DNA of 64,000 nucleotides from the IMG/VR virus record IMGVR_UViG_3300025425_000010, positions 1 to 64,000 of that record. One strand, given 5' to 3'. Shown here in pieces: positions 1 through 10,329 of this stretch. The position numbers and the translations under genes are program-made. Numbering within the stretch: position 1 is the stretch's first letter; every line of letters begins with the position of its first letter. Under the pieces are notes generated by a model. The model worked only from the letters and a program-made list of their open reading frames with translations, ran no database searches and had not been told where the DNA came from. The DNA comes from a virus.

Positions 1-175
1 ATTTGTGTGTTTCAACGTTTCATAGACTTCTCCAACGAGAACGCCTCACCGCCTTTTTGTTTAAAGTCCGAAATTGGTCCCTCAACCCAGACATATTATA
101 TTACCATCCTCCCCTTTTTGTTTATTTCACTTACATCACACAAGCTAAAGACTTGTGTGTTTTACGTTCCGTCAT
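1..175 (-). mobile_element. IS200/IS605-derived MITE (copy A, runs off the window edge)
   Basis: Minus strand reads TTTAT|ATGACGGAACGTAAAACACACAAGTCTTTAGCTTGTGTGATGTAAGTGA, a left end with a subterminal hairpin. Near-identical to 11449-11623. Confidence 0.8.
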
Positions 176-189
176 ATAAATTTGTTCTA

Positions 190-197
190 CAAAGATA
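190..197 (-). promoter_or_regulatory. Bacteroidota-type TAnnTTTG promoter box
   Basis: TATCTTTG on the minus strand in an intergenic position. The same box recurs upstream of many genes in the window. Confidence 0.6.
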
Positions 198-313
198 TGT
201 ATTATATATGAACTGACAAGGGAAAAGTTTATTTTTTTCGAAAATTAATTGATTTGTTCTTAATAAAGTGTTCAAATTATAAAAATACACTTTTGTAAAA
301 CAATATATAGTTT

Positions 314-625
314 ATGAAATACTTAAAATTATTTGAAAAATTCGATGATGAAGACTTTGATGATGATGAAGACTTTGATGATGATGATATGGAAAATTTT
401 GATGGTTTTACACTTGATGGATTATATGAACTGGGATCTGAAGAAATCACAACAGGGGCTACTATATTATTTCCTGAAGGTGAGGGTTCTGAATGGGAAA
501 AAAATAGAGATAGTATGCCACAAGAAATGATTATTAAACTCAGAGAGAATGGATCAGAAGAAGCTATTGAGCAGGTTAAGTCTATAGAAGAAGTAGAGGA
601 AAGAATAGCTAAATTCCCCAATTGA
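314..625 (+). CDS. Acidic hypothetical protein with N-terminal MKYLKLFE tag (putative virion internal protein)
   Basis: ORF with AATATATAG just upstream and a duplicated DDEDFD unit. Confidence 0.7.
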   Translation: MKYLKLFEKFDDEDFDDDEDFDDDDMENFDGFTLDGLYELGSEEITTGATILFPEGEGSEWEKNRDSMPQEMIIKLRENGSEEAIEQVKSIEEVEERIAKFPN

Positions 626-639
626 TTTTAAGTTCAAGT

Positions 640-963
640 TTATTTTTTGAATATCGATATTTCATCATTCATATCCAGTAAGTATTCTAATTTCGGACCT
701 CTCATCAAGTTCATAAGGGTTCTTTCTGTTTCCACCACTGGTACCTGACTATCATATCTGAATTTAACTTCACACTGTTCATTGCCTATATGTCCCATAA
801 TAACTTCGACACTCATTACTACACAATTATTAAATATACGAAGTGTTCCACCAAGCCTACCACCCATATACACTAGTGTATCAATTTCATCACCAGTTTC
901 TAATTCTTTCGCCTGTGGTATTATACACTCACCTTTGTTCTGATTGCTCATACTCCTTACCAC
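640..963 (-). CDS. Hypothetical protein
   Basis: ORF in a coupled minus-strand run with 929-1135 and 1122-1544. The start may be the second Met. Confidence 0.6.
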   Translation of the reverse strand: MVRSMSNQNKGECIIPQAKELETGDEIDTLVYMGGRLGGTLRIFNNCVVMSVEVIMGHIGNEQCEVKFRYDSQVPVVETERTLMNLMRGPKLEYLLDMNDEISIFKK

Positions 964-1135
964 GATATCCTATTGAATATTTATTCATGTATTTATTGAT
1001 TTTAATCTCAACCATATCAAATAGTTTATCATCTATATCACTATCCGGATATGGCATCCATGCTGGTATTATATATCCCTTGTTTATTAATTTCCAAAGA
1101 ACTTCATATTTCTTCGATGTGTCAAATCCTTTCAC
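929..1135 (-). CDS. Hypothetical protein
   Basis: ORF overlapping its neighbours in operon fashion. Confidence 0.6.
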   Translation of the reverse strand: MKGFDTSKKYEVLWKLINKGYIIPAWMPYPDSDIDDKLFDMVEIKINKYMNKYSIGYRGKEYEQSEQR

Positions 1136-1544
1136 CTATTATTCCTTTAATTTTTTGTGATCTACTATAACCTTTATAAAAAGATTTAAATTCATCAATA
1201 GACATATCTTTATATGGATTAAATCCTTTTATGTTTTCACATCTAATCATATAATTCCATTCCAAATCGATATCCTCTTCTTGTACACATATACATAGAG
1301 TTAGTGATGATAATGGTACATGGTAATCCACACCCCAGGATAATACAATAGGTAAACTATCTCTAGCTATTTCCTTAAATTCTTTAAAATCTACGACATT
1401 GAATATATGTGGAGACATATTTAAAACATGTTGGGTATCCATGAACGAGTAACCTATATTAACTGCAACAATCATATCATTTATTATATCAAAAAAAATC
1501 CGAAAGTCCTTTTGTGTGAGAAAAGTTCTTTCGGATTTAAACAT
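1122..1544 (-). CDS. Hypothetical protein with C-terminal RxxKIxxII motif
   Basis: Ends RSQKIKGIIGERI. Confidence 0.65.
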   Translation of the reverse strand: MFKSERTFLTQKDFRIFFDIINDMIVAVNIGYSFMDTQHVLNMSPHIFNVVDFKEFKEIARDSLPIVLSWGVDYHVPLSSLTLCICVQEEDIDLEWNYMIRCENIKGFNPYKDMSIDEFKSFYKGYSRSQKIKGIIGERI

Positions 1545-1590
1545 GTTTGAGAATTCACAAATTCTATAACACTAACACTTTCTTGTTTAA

Positions 1591-1769
1591 TGTGTGTCAG
1601 ACATTACCTGCGGTGTCACAGGGTGGTTTTTTACCCAAACCACATCCCTAAATGTGGAACTCTGGTTTCCTTCACTCCCGTTAGGGATGGAAATGATTAT
1701 CCAGAGTATTATTTTTTATTTCAAGGTCATTAGGTAAGACGGCTTTCACAGCTTCCGTTTTGACATACA
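1591..1769 (-). ncRNA. Candidate structured non-coding RNA of unknown family
   Basis: GC-enriched, ORF-free island directly downstream of a TATATTTG box (1770-1777). It has a closing stem and at least 5 internal hairpins or stems, folded by eye. Confidence 0.6.
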
Positions 1770-1785
1770 CAAATATACGGATAAA

Positions 1786-3729
1786 TTATTTAAGTTTTAC
1801 AAACATTTCATGTTTTGTTTTACCACAGTCCCAAATCCTATAATATCCAAGACCCGACATATGTTCTCTCTCCGTTATCTTTTGGTTGTGTATACCCATA
1901 TTAGATTTCTTATAGTTTTGTTTGTTTCTTCTAACACCACCAACAACATATTTATAATCCGGATTTGATTTATTAATTGTTTCAAATCCTAGTTTTTTGT
2001 AAAGATTACCAACAGACCAATCATTATCAGAATAACTTATTATTCGAGTTACATTATTATCTTTTATGAAATTGGTTAGTAGTTTAGATGCTCCACCAAC
2101 AACAGATATATTTATTTTATTACAAAATCTAGATAAATTCCACTCACTACCCGGTAATTTCTTACGACCTTCTAATTTATTAAAGGTCATTATAGATACG
2201 ATTTCACCCAAATAGATTAGTCCTACCTTTATATTACTCCTATCCATACCCTGAATATGATTCGTATTCATAAATTCAGTACAATTATCAATATACACAA
2301 TTTCACACTTCCTAGCATATATTTTATTTTTGGTTTTCCCAACGATGTTGTTTATTTGACTCTCAATTATTATTCGATTATTTACCCAATTGTCTTCCCA
2401 AATGTGTATTATACGAATTCCTCTATCATCAAAATATTTGGTCTTATTTAAATGATAATTTTTATCCTTATATTTCTCGGAATGCCAATACAATCCATTA
2501 AATTCAAATCCAATATTTAATCCCGGTAAGTAAATATCTATTTCCAAACCATCACTATAAGATTGTATAATCTCACCATCATAAATCGATGAGATATATT
2601 CCAATAATTCATTCTCGCGTATTGAATAAATACCATTTATTGGATTACAAACCGTACACAACGAAAGGTCACTGGAAGACCTACTTATATAATTACTAGA
2701 TTTAATTGAAAATGTATGACCTTTACCACATAAATAAATAGACTCTTTTACACTCCGGTCATAATTTATATAATTATCCGTTTGACAATTGTTGAAATTT
2801 AATTTTCTTATATTTTCAGATTGTGATACGAATTCAACACCATACTTTTCAATTATTGTATCTTTGGAACTAATTTTAAAATCAGGTGTTTTCATATAAG
2901 AATCCACACCATATTTTTTCAAACATGTTTGTTTTATTTTATCTTTAATTTCTTCGGATTGTGATACGAATTCAACACCATATTTTTCAATTATTCTATC
3001 TTTGGATTGAATTTTAAATTCAATCGTCTTCATATAAGAATCTACACCATATTTTTTCAAACATGTTTGTTTTATTTTATCATGTATATGAGTATAACCA
3101 ACACCATACCTATCTATTTTGGTTTGTTTTGATTTCTCTTTAATATCAGTAAATTTCATGGGGTGATCCACACCATACCTATACATAAATATCTCTTTAA
3201 TTACTTTCTTAATACTATCAGACTGGAATACATTTTCAACACCATATTTTTCAATTATTGATTGTTTAAGATTCTCCTGTACTATATTTGATTTCATAGC
3301 GTGGGTAAAACCATATTTTTCAAGACATGTTTTTTTTGACTTCTCTCGGAATTCATCCGTTTTCATATAATAATCTACACCATATTTTTCGAAATTTGTT
3401 TTTTTGTTTTTTTGTTTTATAGAATCAAGTTTAGAAGGACTATCCACACCATGTTTAATTATTGATAATTCTTTTTTTTTCATAGACCCACACACATTTG
3501 AACAAGCAAATTTCCCATTATGACTCACATTCCGGAAATATTCACAATAGGCTATCACTTTATTTGAATCACAATAATCACAATCAACATCAATAAACAC
3601 CCTTGATGCCTTCGGTAAATCCTCAACAGAGACATCAAAAAAGCCATTATCTAAATCATATCCTAGATTCAAATAATGGCTTTTTGTTTTATTATTAATT
3701 TTAACTTTTACACTTTTAGTATTCAACAT
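1786..3729 (-). CDS. Homing-endonuclease-like protein (Zn finger + KYG repeats + PD-(D/E)xK/Vsr-like nuclease + Mom/GNAT-like C-terminus), copy 1
   Basis: Motifs CDYC, repeated EKYGV, LEIDIYLP..IGFEFNGLYWHS, IHIWED, WNLSRFC, IISYSD, RIWDCG. Confidence 0.8.
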   Translation of the reverse strand: MLNTKSVKVKINNKTKSHYLNLGYDLDNGFFDVSVEDLPKASRVFIDVDCDYCDSNKVIAYCEYFRNVSHNGKFACSNVCGSMKKKELSIIKHGVDSPSKLDSIKQKNKKTNFEKYGVDYYMKTDEFREKSKKTCLEKYGFTHAMKSNIVQENLKQSIIEKYGVENVFQSDSIKKVIKEIFMYRYGVDHPMKFTDIKEKSKQTKIDRYGVGYTHIHDKIKQTCLKKYGVDSYMKTIEFKIQSKDRIIEKYGVEFVSQSEEIKDKIKQTCLKKYGVDSYMKTPDFKISSKDTIIEKYGVEFVSQSENIRKLNFNNCQTDNYINYDRSVKESIYLCGKGHTFSIKSSNYISRSSSDLSLCTVCNPINGIYSIRENELLEYISSIYDGEIIQSYSDGLEIDIYLPGLNIGFEFNGLYWHSEKYKDKNYHLNKTKYFDDRGIRIIHIWEDNWVNNRIIIESQINNIVGKTKNKIYARKCEIVYIDNCTEFMNTNHIQGMDRSNIKVGLIYLGEIVSIMTFNKLEGRKKLPGSEWNLSRFCNKINISVVGGASKLLTNFIKDNNVTRIISYSDNDWSVGNLYKKLGFETINKSNPDYKYVVGGVRRNKQNYKKSNMGIHNQKITEREHMSGLGYYRIWDCGKTKHEMFVKLK

Positions 3730-3741
3730 ACTATATATATA

Positions 3742-4155
3742 TTAAAAACTAACCACCTCGATTTCAAATGTTAGTTTTTTACCAGCTAGTGGATGATTTG
3801 CATCTAATGTCGCACTATCTTCTGTTATACTTTTAATAACAACATTAACTGGCTGACCTTCTTGATTCTGACCTTGTAATTGTGATCCTACTTGTGCATC
3901 CTCCGGTACTTGATCCTTCGGTACAGTAACAATCATTTCTTCATTGATTGTACCATAACCTTCTTCTGGAGTCAGATTAATTGTTTTTGATTCCCCGGTA
4001 TTCATACCAAGAACGGCATTTTCGAATCCTGGGATAACTTGTCCTTTACCAACTTCAAATTCAATTGGTTCTCTTTTTTCTGATGTGTCGAATACATCAC
4101 CGTTTTCAAATTTTCCGGTGTAATGTACACGTACTTTACTTCCTTTTTCTATCAT
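3742..4155 (-). CDS. FKBP-type peptidyl-prolyl isomerase (SlyD/FkpB-like)
   Basis: VHYTG..FDTS..PIEFEVG.GQVIPGFE..DANHPLAGKKLTF. Confidence 0.93.
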   Translation of the reverse strand: MIEKGSKVRVHYTGKFENGDVFDTSEKREPIEFEVGKGQVIPGFENAVLGMNTGESKTINLTPEEGYGTINEEMIVTVPKDQVPEDAQVGSQLQGQNQEGQPVNVVIKSITEDSATLDANHPLAGKKLTFEIEVVSF

Positions 4156-4216
4156 TTTTAATCCTTTACTTTCATTTTATACATAAATAATGGTTAAAAG
4201 TTTTAATATATAAATA

Positions 4217-5143
4217 ATGGATTACTTAAAATCTTTTAAATTGTTCGAAACCGTATTCTTTAAGATGGATATTTTCACTGATAAAATAGAATCGATTTGT
4301 CACAACTTCGATTTTTATTATATCGAACAAAAAAAAATTACAAATAATATTCTATTAAGTATGTGTAAACATAACTACAATGGTATAATGTGTCTACATA
4401 TCGAGGAATTCTATCTAAATAATAATAATGATGAGCTCAAATTACAATTTTATATAAATGAGGAGTATTATCAAGAAAATGAAGTAGAGTTGTTAAAGAA
4501 CATAGATTGGATGGGTGAGATATCCAATTATGAATATCTATCATTCGATGATAAACATATGTTGACGAATGTTGAAAATCCAAATATACGAGGTAAAGGC
4601 GAAAATATAATACCGATATCTGTTAAAGAATATCCAAGTGGTGATACAAAATTCGAAGCGAGAATGATATCAGTAGATTTCAAATGTACGGTAATGGATA
4701 TGTTATTCGTTTTATTTTTCAAACCAGAAGTTTATACAACTGATAAAAAACACTTCAATGATATAGTGAGTAGAATACAGACTGATGAACTGGTTAAAGA
4801 TTTACTAAAATTACATGTAGATAATAGAGGTCTTAATATTAATTGGGAGCCAATTAAATCAATAAATGGGAAAGGTGTGGTATCACACCTAGACATAGAA
4901 CACTTTACTAGTTTATATGTTTCGGAACAAGATGTATATAATATGTTTCCTGGGTTCTTCGATGAATTGTATGAGAATAGTGGTATTGTTTGTAACATAG
5001 GTGTTGTTGATGAAGAGTGTCTAGACTTCTATAATGGATTATACACACCAAGAGAGGAAATGAGTAGAGTGCTCAGTAAACACAATATAGATATTGCTTT
5101 TGAGAATATAATGATTATGAACTACACATCAGCTAAAGACTGA
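4217..5143 (+). CDS. Hypothetical protein with N-terminal tag; last 8 codons supplied by MITE B
   Basis: Starts MDYLKSFKLFE with AATATATA upstream. Removing the MITE restores ...ENIMIIN*. Confidence 0.7.
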   Translation: MDYLKSFKLFETVFFKMDIFTDKIESICHNFDFYYIEQKKITNNILLSMCKHNYNGIMCLHIEEFYLNNNNDELKLQFYINEEYYQENEVELLKNIDWMGEISNYEYLSFDDKHMLTNVENPNIRGKGENIIPISVKEYPSGDTKFEARMISVDFKCTVMDMLFVLFFKPEVYTTDKKHFNDIVSRIQTDELVKDLLKLHVDNRGLNINWEPIKSINGKGVVSHLDIEHFTSLYVSEQDVYNMFPGFFDELYENSGIVCNIGVVDEECLDFYNGLYTPREEMSRVLSKHNIDIAFENIMIMNYTSAKD

Positions 5144-5363
5144 TGTGTTTCTACGTCACAAGCACGATGTAACCATCCACTTTGTGTGACGCTGGGTTTG
5201 TTCCTCAACCCAAAATTTCTTATATTTTTAGCAGCATTCTATATTTAAAGGATTTTAACATTTCTTCAAACCATATATTAAAAGCACCAAGCCTCTTTTT
5301 AAATGGTTATGGTGTCACTTACATCACACAAGCTAAAGACTTGTGTGTTTTACATTCCGTTAT
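5117..5363 (-). mobile_element. IS200/IS605 MITE (copy B): internally deleted tnpB element
   Basis: Left end follows TTTAT. The tnpB-like start MLKSFKYR is joined to the tnpB 3' end. 5117-5238 matches 32752-32873 with 2 mismatches in 122 bp. Right end GTGTAGTTCAT. Confidence 0.85.
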
Positions 5364-5382
5364 ATAAATTAATATATACGAA

Positions 5383-5679
5383 ATGAACAACATTAAATAT
5401 TTTAATAAATCCAATGAAGAATTGTTGGATAAATTCTTACCAAAGAAGAGTATAACCAAGTTGGATGTAGAGAAAACAGGTAATGTTAATGCAGAAACTA
5501 TGAAACATCACGACTATTCATCAACAATAAGATATGCTCTATCCAATATTAATAATGGCGTAATTAATAACCGTGACGAGGTTGTTGGTAAAGTTGTTAC
5601 GTGGATAAATAAAATCACCAATGATTTTAAAAATATAAATAACTCCACGATGTCAAATTCGTATATGGACACTTTTTAG
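5383..5679 (+). CDS. Hypothetical protein with N-terminal tag
   Basis: Starts MNNIKYFNKSNEE, with TAATATATAC upstream. Confidence 0.6.
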   Translation: MNNIKYFNKSNEELLDKFLPKKSITKLDVEKTGNVNAETMKHHDYSSTIRYALSNINNGVINNRDEVVGKVVTWINKITNDFKNINNSTMSNSYMDTF

Positions 5680-5780
5680 AACAGAGAACAACAAACTTCA
5701 TATATACAATACTAACTGTTCAATCAGCTTGTGTCGAGTAACCTTATGTTACTTTAAGGATTTTGAAAGGAATTTAAGAT

Positions 5781-6677
5781 ATGGGAATAAAAAAAAAGAA
5801 TAGTAATATGAAAGTTAAAACTAAAAAGAACGCAATACCGGGAGCGTGGATTGTAGATCCGAAAGACCGTGGACGAAGACCTATCAAAAAAGGTAATGTT
5901 TATCTAAAAAACGGGGAAGAATTTGAAATCGAAATATTCAACCCACTCAAAACAAATATATTGGCTGATATAAGAATCAATGGTGATTCAATATCTGAAG
6001 GTGGTTTAATAATTAAACCTGGTCAAAGAGAGTATTTGGATTGTTTTATAAATGATGGACGTAAATTCAAATTCGAAACTTATACAGTAGAGAATTCGGA
6101 AGAGGCTAAAGAAGCCATCTCAGAAAATGGAATGATGGAAATTTTCTTCTATAAAGAAGATGTTCTTAGATTTAGTAATTGGAGAAATAGAATAAACACT
6201 ATACAACCAATTATAATCAGAGATAGAAATTGGTACACATATCAATCAATACCATTAGTACCGAATATTTGGTGTGGTAACCACTATTCAAATACTGGCG
6301 GGTATAGTGGTACACTAACAACAACCTTTGTGTCACCACAATCGTATGTTGCTCCTACCAATGTAGATGCATCAGTCAGTAGTTATAGTGCTCAATTGAG
6401 TAATGATATCGAAACTGGTAGAGTTGAAATGGGTGAGAAATCAAAACAAACTTTTCATGAGGTTGATATGGATTTTGAAGAATTACAAATACACTCAATT
6501 ATTTACAACTTGTTACCAGAATCTCAACAACCAACAGAGGTTAAGAAAATTAAGAAGACCAACAATAATGACGGTGTTCTCACACTCTTGACCGAACTGG
6601 CTGATATGAATAAAAAAGGTATATTAACCGAGAAAGAATTCACAGATAAGAAGAAAGAACTTCTATCCCGAATTTAA
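5781..6677 (+). CDS. Hypothetical protein with C-terminal SHOCT-like helix pair (start may be 5808)
   Basis: C-terminus LTELADMNKKGILTEKEFTDKKKELL fits the SHOCT pattern. Confidence 0.7.
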   Translation: MGIKKKNSNMKVKTKKNAIPGAWIVDPKDRGRRPIKKGNVYLKNGEEFEIEIFNPLKTNILADIRINGDSISEGGLIIKPGQREYLDCFINDGRKFKFETYTVENSEEAKEAISENGMMEIFFYKEDVLRFSNWRNRINTIQPIIIRDRNWYTYQSIPLVPNIWCGNHYSNTGGYSGTLTTTFVSPQSYVAPTNVDASVSSYSAQLSNDIETGRVEMGEKSKQTFHEVDMDFEELQIHSIIYNLLPESQQPTEVKKIKKTNNNDGVLTLLTELADMNKKGILTEKEFTDKKKELLSRI

Positions 6678-6743
6678 TATTAAAAGATTGAATAGAAAAA
6701 AAAAGAGGAGCATTTAGATTTTCTTTTTTTTTATATATACCTT

Positions 6744-8075
6744 ATGTTGAAAAATTATTGGGATTTCATATCAGAGCGAATTGCTTTCATTGATGAGAGT
6801 AAGGTTATATCAGAAGATGATATTCTAACACACTTTGAACCATTAACAGATAATAGATATGATATTGAAATATACCAGTTTCTAAAATCCGATTTATTGG
6901 ATTATTTTAGAACTGGTGAGATATCTGAGCATGAGCTGTCCAGTGAAAGAGAGTATCATAATTGTTATAGTGTGATGATAAAACCCGTTAAAATAAATCC
7001 GTTAAAAGAAGACATAACATTGGACCTAAAATCATCAATTCAACTAGTTGAGTCTCTGGGTTTACACTTACTCGATAAGGATAATTCATTACCATATGTG
7101 TATGACCAAGATGATGTGGAATACCACCATAATATAGTAGATATAAAGAATGTTATATTAGACGAAGGGTATATAATAGAATGGTTAAGATTAGACAAAT
7201 ATGTTTCGGGTAGATATGATTTAGTTGGGGAAGAACATTCAAATAGAGGTTATACACTATTAGATGGATTGGATATATTATTTGTGGATTTAAATAAACA
7301 TAAATTTACTATAAAGGAAATAGCCAAAAAACTCGAATGGAGAGATTATGAAGTTGATGGTGAAAACATATATTTTGATATCGATATGGAAAATTTACGA
7401 GATCGTGTAATAAATAAAAACGATAATTATTATGATATGTTGGTTGATGGTATTGATTGGGACCATTATTATGATAATTCTTATCAGAATAATCCAACGA
7501 CCGAATCACTATTCCAATACCACCTCGATAATAGCAATGCTAGGATGTTAGTAACAAAAATTATCAAAAATTTTGGTGGTATTGATGTCATAAGACAAGA
7601 AATTGATGATGTCGAAATTTTACATGCTCTCGAAACCGATGTTAAAACTGATGAAAGTTTGGTAGATTTCTTCTTAGTCGGTGATAATTACTCAGAACTA
7701 GATGAAATAGGGGAAGAACTATTAGATGAAGTTAAGAATTTAATTGGTGATGCCTATACAGGAGATTTAGCTTCTGAAACATTAGAGGCTGTCATTAGTT
7801 CATTTGATAGTAAATTAACTGATGAAGGTATTAAATTTCATAGTAAACGTGAGGATGAGGATGGTAATTGGACTTACCGATTCTATTATAGTAATGATTG
7901 GTTGGATGATATATCTTTCGATTACGGGGAAACACGGGGATTGTCATTAGAAGGTATATTTATTGAGTTCGTTGATACTTTCGGATCATTTTACTTAAGT
8001 CCAAACATACCTGATTATGGTGATCCTGATAGTCATTCATATAATGCTGACATAAAACAACACCTGAGTAACTAA
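6744..8075 (+). CDS. Acidic hypothetical protein with N-terminal tag
   Basis: 443-aa ORF starting MLKNYWDFISE, with TTATATATAC upstream. Confidence 0.75.
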   Translation: MLKNYWDFISERIAFIDESKVISEDDILTHFEPLTDNRYDIEIYQFLKSDLLDYFRTGEISEHELSSEREYHNCYSVMIKPVKINPLKEDITLDLKSSIQLVESLGLHLLDKDNSLPYVYDQDDVEYHHNIVDIKNVILDEGYIIEWLRLDKYVSGRYDLVGEEHSNRGYTLLDGLDILFVDLNKHKFTIKEIAKKLEWRDYEVDGENIYFDIDMENLRDRVINKNDNYYDMLVDGIDWDHYYDNSYQNNPTTESLFQYHLDNSNARMLVTKIIKNFGGIDVIRQEIDDVEILHALETDVKTDESLVDFFLVGDNYSELDEIGEELLDEVKNLIGDAYTGDLASETLEAVISSFDSKLTDEGIKFHSKREDEDGNWTYRFYYSNDWLDDISFDYGETRGLSLEGIFIEFVDTFGSFYLSPNIPDYGDPDSHSYNADIKQHLSN

Positions 8076-8266
8076 AAGTTTGACCTGGCTGCTTCGTACT
8101 GGCGATCAGACAATATCTTATAAGTCTTCTCACCAACCTTAACCTTATCACACCACTTAGAATTAAGTGAAGTTTTTAATGATTTAACGAATGTGTTTTC
8201 ACCCTCATACTTACGTATCAATTTATTCAGTTCTAATTTCTCTTTTATTTCCATCACCAAAACCAT
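8072..8266 (-). CDS. Small hypothetical protein
   Basis: ORF with plausible composition. Confidence 0.55.
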   Translation of the reverse strand: MVLVMEIKEKLELNKLIRKYEGENTFVKSLKTSLNSKWCDKVKVGEKTYKILSDRQYEAARSNF

Positions 8267-8350
8267 TTTTTATTCTTCTTCTTCTTCTCTCTTTTCTCAG
8301 ATACTCGTTTATTAGCACTACACACATCATTTCCAAGGAAGAAATTTTGA

Positions 8351-8629
8351 TCAATCATCCTTATTATATTCATCTATTGTCTCAATAACGAACGGCTCAT
8401 TAGTAGAGATTAGATAGAATGATTTGAAAAATTTTCTATTACCATCCACATCAACCCAATCTTCTGATGTAGTCCATGGTCCGTAAATATCAGGATTATC
8501 CCAATTTTCTATCAATCCTACCCAAAATGGATTAGGTTTTCTTGTACTTCTAATTTTCTCAATTAATCTCTTAAACATTATTTTTATTTTTATTTTGTAA
8601 ATCCTTCTTCTTTTCCTAATTCTCCCCAT
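8351..8629 (-). CDS. Hypothetical protein (start probably MFKRL)
   Basis: ORF in the minus-strand run. Confidence 0.5.
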   Translation of the reverse strand: MGRIRKRRRIYKIKIKIMFKRLIEKIRSTRKPNPFWVGLIENWDNPDIYGPWTTSEDWVDVDGNRKFFKSFYLISTNEPFVIETIDEYNKDD

Positions 8630-8817
8630 ATATCCGATTCAAGTTCTTTTGAATTTGATATCAGATTACTGTTATCTTTCTCTGGGTACCCTCTATACAA
8701 ACGACCTCTGGTCTGACTACATAATCGATAATCAAAACAAAATGTTCCTCTATTGGTATCAACTAAAATTGAACCACCATCTAAATACATCTTATAACTA
8801 TTTATTTTAATCATCAA
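8590..8817 (-). CDS. Hypothetical protein
   Basis: ORF coupled to 8807-9139. Confidence 0.55.
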   Translation of the reverse strand: MMIKINSYKMYLDGGSILVDTNRGTFCFDYRLCSQTRGRLYRGYPEKDNSNLISNSKELESDIWGELGKEEGFTK

Positions 8818-9139
8818 AGTATTTTATCATATATTTATAAAATGATAACTTCTCTTCTTTTTTAACAAGAGGTCTACTAAAATTACCATATATCACAGGG
8901 GAAACAATTTGGTCTTTAATAGATTCTAGTTTTGTTAATATATCCACCCAAATATCATCAAATGTAACTAAGTTCATATCAGCATCTCCCTGTATATTGA
9001 ATGATACTGGAATATCATTTATATAAACAACCATATACCGCTCAGCGCCAATACGAACTCGATTAGATATTCGGATTTCATCATTTATGAATATCTTTGA
9101 TAGATTTTCCACAATCTTATTTAAGTTTATATTATCCAT
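8807..9139 (-). CDS. Hypothetical protein
   Basis: ORF overlapping the clpP stop. Confidence 0.6.
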   Translation of the reverse strand: MDNINLNKIVENLSKIFINDEIRISNRVRIGAERYMVVYINDIPVSFNIQGDADMNLVTFDDIWVDILTKLESIKDQIVSPVIYGNFSRPLVKKEEKLSFYKYMIKYFDD

Positions 9140-9878
9140 ACTTGGCTAATTCTTTTGTGTGATACTCATCGAATCCCTCCAATAGAGCTGAGATACTATT
9201 ATCTTTCTTCTTATTAAGTCCAACGATTTCATCAATCAAACCGAATTCAAGAGCTTCATCAGAATTATACCATCTGTCTCTATCTGAGAATTCAAGTACT
9301 TCTTGGAAAGTCTTACCACTGTTCTGAGCCAATAGTTTGAATAGAATGTAGTTATACTTCTCAGCTTCTAATTGAGTTATACGAGTATCTTGTACCGGTC
9401 CTTGTGATCCATGACTCACCTGGTGTGTCATAACCTTCGAATAAATCAAAGATGACCTCTTACCCTTAGCACCAGAAGATAAGATTATAGAACCCATGGA
9501 TGCACACATACCGAGGTTCATAGTCGATACATCTGATTTGATGTAGTCCATAACATCTACGATACCCAATCCACACAGAACTGATCCACCCGGTGAATTA
9601 AGGTAAAGGTTAATGTCTTTCTTATTATCTGCTTGGTCGAGATAAAGTAATTGTGCTTGTACAACGTCAGACATTTGTTGATTAACAGCTCCTGACACCC
9701 AGAGAATACGATCTCTCATCAACCGTGAGAATATATCCATCTGTGTTACTTGCATCTGTCTTTCTTCAAGAATATAAGGTGTCATTGACCCCTCAATCGA
9801 ATCTCCAATAGATTCTAGTGTAGTTGTTGGAATGCCTACACTGGTAGCATATTTTTTAAAATCTTTTCCGTAATCCAT
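9132..9878 (-). CDS. clpP: ATP-dependent Clp protease proteolytic subunit
   Basis: DIFSRLMRDRI, YLNSPGGSV, CASMG (catalytic Ser), MTHQ (His), DRDRW, EALEFGLID. Confidence 0.95.
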   Translation of the reverse strand: MDYGKDFKKYATSVGIPTTTLESIGDSIEGSMTPYILEERQMQVTQMDIFSRLMRDRILWVSGAVNQQMSDVVQAQLLYLDQADNKKDINLYLNSPGGSVLCGLGIVDVMDYIKSDVSTMNLGMCASMGSIILSSGAKGKRSSLIYSKVMTHQVSHGSQGPVQDTRITQLEAEKYNYILFKLLAQNSGKTFQEVLEFSDRDRWYNSDEALEFGLIDEIVGLNKKKDNSISALLEGFDEYHTKELAKYG

Positions 9879-9901
9879 TTAATTTATTTTTAATAGTTCT
9901 C

Positions 9902-10297
9902 TCAGTATATTCCGTTTTCATCAAATAGTTTATCTAATTGTTGCCAATCTACCATTTTAGAGTCAACATGAAACCCATCTCTCAATGGAATACCAGGTGA
10001 AATATCATCTATATACATGGAAATCATGTTTTTATGAGGAGTCTTCCACGGCAAAGGCATTATCTTAGAAGATTGTATAGAATCTAATTTTAAATCATAG
10101 TATGGATTTCTTTCAATGAAATATACTGATAATTCAAGAGTCCCATCATCACAATCGGCTCTATATGTATTCAATACAATAGTGTGTCCGGCATTTTTAA
10201 GTTTTTCGACTACATTAAATGATCTAGGGTTTATTTTACCGATTAATGGATAACAATGTTCTACCAACGTACCATCGAAGTCTAGGTATATTATCAT
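9902..10297 (-). CDS. HAD-superfamily hydrolase
   Basis: Motif I LDFDGTL and motif IV YIDD. Confidence 0.8.
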   Translation of the reverse strand: MIIYLDFDGTLVEHCYPLIGKINPRSFNVVEKLKNAGHTIVLNTYRADCDDGTLELSVYFIERNPYYDLKLDSIQSSKIMPLPWKTPHKNMISMYIDDISPGIPLRDGFHVDSKMVDWQQLDKLFDENGIY

Positions 10298-10329
10298 ATA
10301 ACATTATAGATAGTAACGCCCGATAAGTT

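Noticed and set aside
7-216. ORFs 7-216, 5182-5367 and 11435-11623 sharing SHKLKTCVFY-like peptides
   Set aside because: They are spurious translations of MITE DNA.
1591-1769. Retron msr-msd, tRNA, tmRNA, SRP or RNase P identity for the structured island
   Set aside because: There is no adjacent reverse transcriptase and none of the diagnostic sequence motifs, so it is left as an unknown RNA.
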